This document shows positions 12,489 to 14,504 of a DNA stretch of 14,504 nt, piece after piece. The translations under genes were made by a program, and so were the position numbers. How positions within the stretch are numbered: position 1 is the stretch's first letter; each line of letters begins with the position of its first letter. Below the pieces are notes generated by a model. That model was not told where the DNA came from and made no database searches. It saw only the letters and a list, made by a program, of their open reading frames with translations. This stretch comes from Escherichia phage Bf23, in the sequence record NC_042564.1. One strand, given 5' to 3'.

Positions 12489-12524
12489 AGCCCCTAGTCG
12501 AAAGACTTAGGGGCTTTTCTTTTA
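12489..12524 (+). terminator. rho-independent terminator of the plus-strand cassette
   Basis: GC-rich hairpin agcccctagtc / gacttaggggct followed by TTTTCTTTT. Confidence 0.7.
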
Positions 12525-12536
12525 TCTTAAGTACAG

Positions 12537-12576
12537 AAAAGCCCTGCGCTCTCCAGGGAACGCAGGGCTTACTTCG
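12537..12576 (-). terminator. rho-independent terminator downstream of SPFH gene (convergent with 12489-12524)
   Basis: hairpin agccctgcg / cgcagggct; on the minus strand it is followed by TTTTCTGT. Confidence 0.65.
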
Positions 12577-12593
12577 AATATTACGTGTGGGTA

Positions 12594-13541
12594 TTACTTG
12601 TTACGCATATCCATAATCATCTGGCCATCGTAACCAGTGCCAACTACTGTTTGCGGTACACCACCTTGATATTTCTGAGCACGAATCATTTCAACTTCTA
12701 GTTGTTTCCAACGAATCATCTCAGGAGTAATAGTACGTTGCAGAGCGGCGTTAGCTTCAGCTTCTTTCTTAGCTGCGTACAGTTTAGCATCTGCATCACG
12801 TTCGTTTGCAATAGCTTGGTTGTTACGAGCTTCACGATCTGCTTCTGCTTGTTTAACCTTCTGCTGTGCTTCTTGTTCAACACGAGCCAATTCAGCTTTC
12901 GCAGCATTAACTTGTTCTTCACGAACTTTGGTATTCTGTACCTGTTCCATAATTACCGGTGGCAATGTAATATCCTGAAGGAACACTTGCTTAACTGTGT
13001 AACCATAAGGGCGTGCGTACTCTTCAACTTCCTGCTGAATTGCAGTTTGCAATTGTGCTTGAATTTTAGCATCAAACAAATCTTGTGCTTTAGGTACAGA
13101 CTTACCAAACTCACGAATAGTAGATAGTAATTTCTCAGTTACATACTTATCTAGAGCCTGATCCTGGGTGCCTGCGTTAATACGGTTAATCGGTGCCTTA
13201 GAACCATCAAATTGTAACATAACAGTCAGGTCAACAGTGGATTTAAACTTATCCTGGCTAGGAACCTGAAGTTTATCTAATTTTACAGCAATATCTTTTG
13301 TACTAAAAGTATCGAAAGATGCAAATGGGTTTACAAGATGGAAACCAGGTAATACTGGGTTAGGATCTACTTTACCTAGAAATGTTTGGGTTTTAACCGT
13401 ACCATCAGAAACAATAGTATATGAATTAAAAGCTAGGATTAAACCTGCTAAACCAACTACAGCACCAATACCCCAACGTTTAATAGTGCGAATTACTTTT
13501 TGCTCAGAAGTCAGTTCTTTCATATTTTTAGTATTAAACAT
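12594..13541 (-). CDS. SPFH/band-7 (stomatin/prohibitin/HflK-HflC-like) membrane protein, 315 aa
   Basis: ORF track; ATG with AAGGAA SD; N-terminal transmembrane helix (WGIGAVVGLAGLILAF), SPFH-like core, C-terminal Ala/Glu/Gln-rich coiled coil. Confidence 0.8.
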   Translation of the reverse strand: MFNTKNMKELTSEQKVIRTIKRWGIGAVVGLAGLILAFNSYTIVSDGTVKTQTFLGKVDPNPVLPGFHLVNPFASFDTFSTKDIAVKLDKLQVPSQDKFKSTVDLTVMLQFDGSKAPINRINAGTQDQALDKYVTEKLLSTIREFGKSVPKAQDLFDAKIQAQLQTAIQQEVEEYARPYGYTVKQVFLQDITLPPVIMEQVQNTKVREEQVNAAKAELARVEQEAQQKVKQAEADREARNNQAIANERDADAKLYAAKKEAEANAALQRTITPEMIRWKQLEVEMIRAQKYQGGVPQTVVGTGYDGQMIMDMRNK

Positions 13542-13575
13542 ATATTTCCTTTGTTTTAGTTACAGTTAATAAAAT

Positions 13576-13650
13576 TGGCCGAGGTGACAGGATTCGAACC
13601 TGCATAAAGGAATTTAGAAGACTCCTGCCTCTCCCTTAGACTACACCCCG
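13576..13650 (-). tRNA. tRNA-Arg (anticodon TCT), tentative
   Basis: encoded CCA, T-arm acagg/attcgaa/cctgc, acceptor 13580-13586/13644-13650 with G-U, anticodon loop CTTCTAA with G-U in stem; D-arm poorly defined. Confidence 0.5.
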
Positions 13651-14152
13651 TTTAAGTATTTTTAAGAACTCTCGTAAAAACTCTTAAAAATACAGACGAT
13701 ACCGGGAGAGTCATAAGTCTCACTCATTAAGTATTTCAAGACAAAATACAGTAACGTCTATTATTTTCCAGTTTAAGTCAAGGTGACTTAGTGGTTATGT
13801 CCTGCGGTATGCTGAGGACTCGGTTAGGCTAGGGTCATGACTCCCCACCTTTTTGCTGCTACTCAACAGGAGTTATCGCGAATTACCTGTGCTATTGTGC
13901 ACCATTAGTGGCATCTCTCATGCCAGCATTTCCCACTTTGTGGATAGTTTGAAAAACTACTCCGATATGGAGAAAGAACTTCACTATCCTAGAATACCTT
14001 CTAAAGTTCTTCTTTAGCCTGGACATAGTTAAATCGTAATAAAACTATTCAGCAGACTGGTTGGTTAGTCTGGAACCAACTACCGCGTGGTTTAGGCAGT
14101 GCGCAACTAACCTCGGAAGCTTTTACGTTAAAAGCATCAGTTATCCAGTTCT

Positions 14153-14224
14153 TACCGTCCGTAGGATTCGAACCTACATCTTCCACCAGTTACGGCTTGA
14201 TAATACCAATTATACTAGGACGGC
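14153..14224 (-). tRNA. tRNA-like gene, isotype undetermined (possible pseudogene)
   Basis: perfect T-arm gtagg/attcgaa/cctac (14161-14177) and 6-7 bp acceptor pairing (14154-14160/14218-14224) but no recognizable anticodon stem; CCA not encoded. Confidence 0.35.
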
Positions 14225-14447
14225 AGTGTTACTACATAAGTGATTTCCACACCCCACTATTTATAAATTAGAGAAGAGTTTAGGGGAGAGGTTTCAGACG
14301 CCCCATTTTATACGTTCTAGCCACTAACCGGGATTGCCGCCCCCTGTGTACTAGTTTTACAACTAACCCACCGACTCTATTCAGTGCACTCCGGTTGGGA
14401 TTCTGCACTCAGCGTAATCGGCTCGCTGTTCCCTAATTTATGAATAT

Positions 14448-14476
14448 ATTATACAGAATTTATAAGCATTTAGCAA
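14448..14476 (-). promoter_or_regulatory. sigma70 promoter (T5 early-promoter-like)
   Basis: minus strand TTGCTA (revcomp 14471-14476) - 17 nt - TATAAT (revcomp 14448-14453); conserved motif cagaatttataagca / aatgaatttttag. Confidence 0.7.
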
Positions 14477-14504
14477 ATGAATTTTTAGAAAAATTCACTA
14501 GCAG

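Noticed and set aside
12702-13127. Plus-strand ORF (141 aa) and minus-strand ORF 12716-12922
   Set aside because: Overlap the SPFH gene in other frames; low-complexity Phe/Leu-rich or Lys/Leu-rich translations without RBS.
14061-14243. Plus-strand ORF (60 aa)
   Set aside because: Overlaps tRNA-like 14153-14224 antisense; no RBS or promoter.
1697-14490. Possibility that the repeated AT-rich motif copies form a CRISPR array or transposon ends
   Set aside because: Copies are 0.5-4 kb apart with gene-sized, non-uniform intervals and each matches a sigma70 -35/-10 layout; no short regular spacers or terminal inverted repeats.
1-14504. rRNA genes, integrase/transposase genes, plus-strand tRNAs
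   Set aside because: No rRNA-like conserved stretches, no recombinase-like ORFs, and TTCGA-type T-loop motifs occur only in minus-strand orientation.

Overview
This window looks like the tRNA-gene region of a T5-like coliphage (Tequintavirus-type); that identification rests on sequence features and recollection only, since no database search was possible. Almost everything is on the minus strand: about 27 tRNA or tRNA-like genes, many small ORFs, two paralogous T5orf172-type GIY-YIG genes (one exactly 172 aa), an HNH endonuclease, a Toprim-domain protein and a GrcA-like glycyl-radical cofactor, driven by about ten copies of a conserved sigma70 promoter (TTGCTx -35, 17 nt spacer, TATAAT -10, A-rich upstream). 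The most unusual region is 10.7-13.6 kb: the only plus-strand transcription unit, a tight three-gene cassette of low-complexity proteins (acidic His-rich/Gly-rich/Gln-Ala-rich 326 aa; Gln-rich 138 aa; Cys-rich 64 aa) with its own TTGACA promoter and terminator, convergent with a phage-encoded SPFH/band-7 membrane protein. I could not match the cassette to any family I know, so it is my best candidate for an undescribed system. Several tRNA-like elements do not fold as canonical tRNAs, and three ORF-free stretches carry long-range inverted repeats suggesting structured RNAs. All tRNA anticodons were read by hand and need tRNAscan-SE/ARAGORN confirmation; coordinates of tRNA ends may be off by 1-2 nt.
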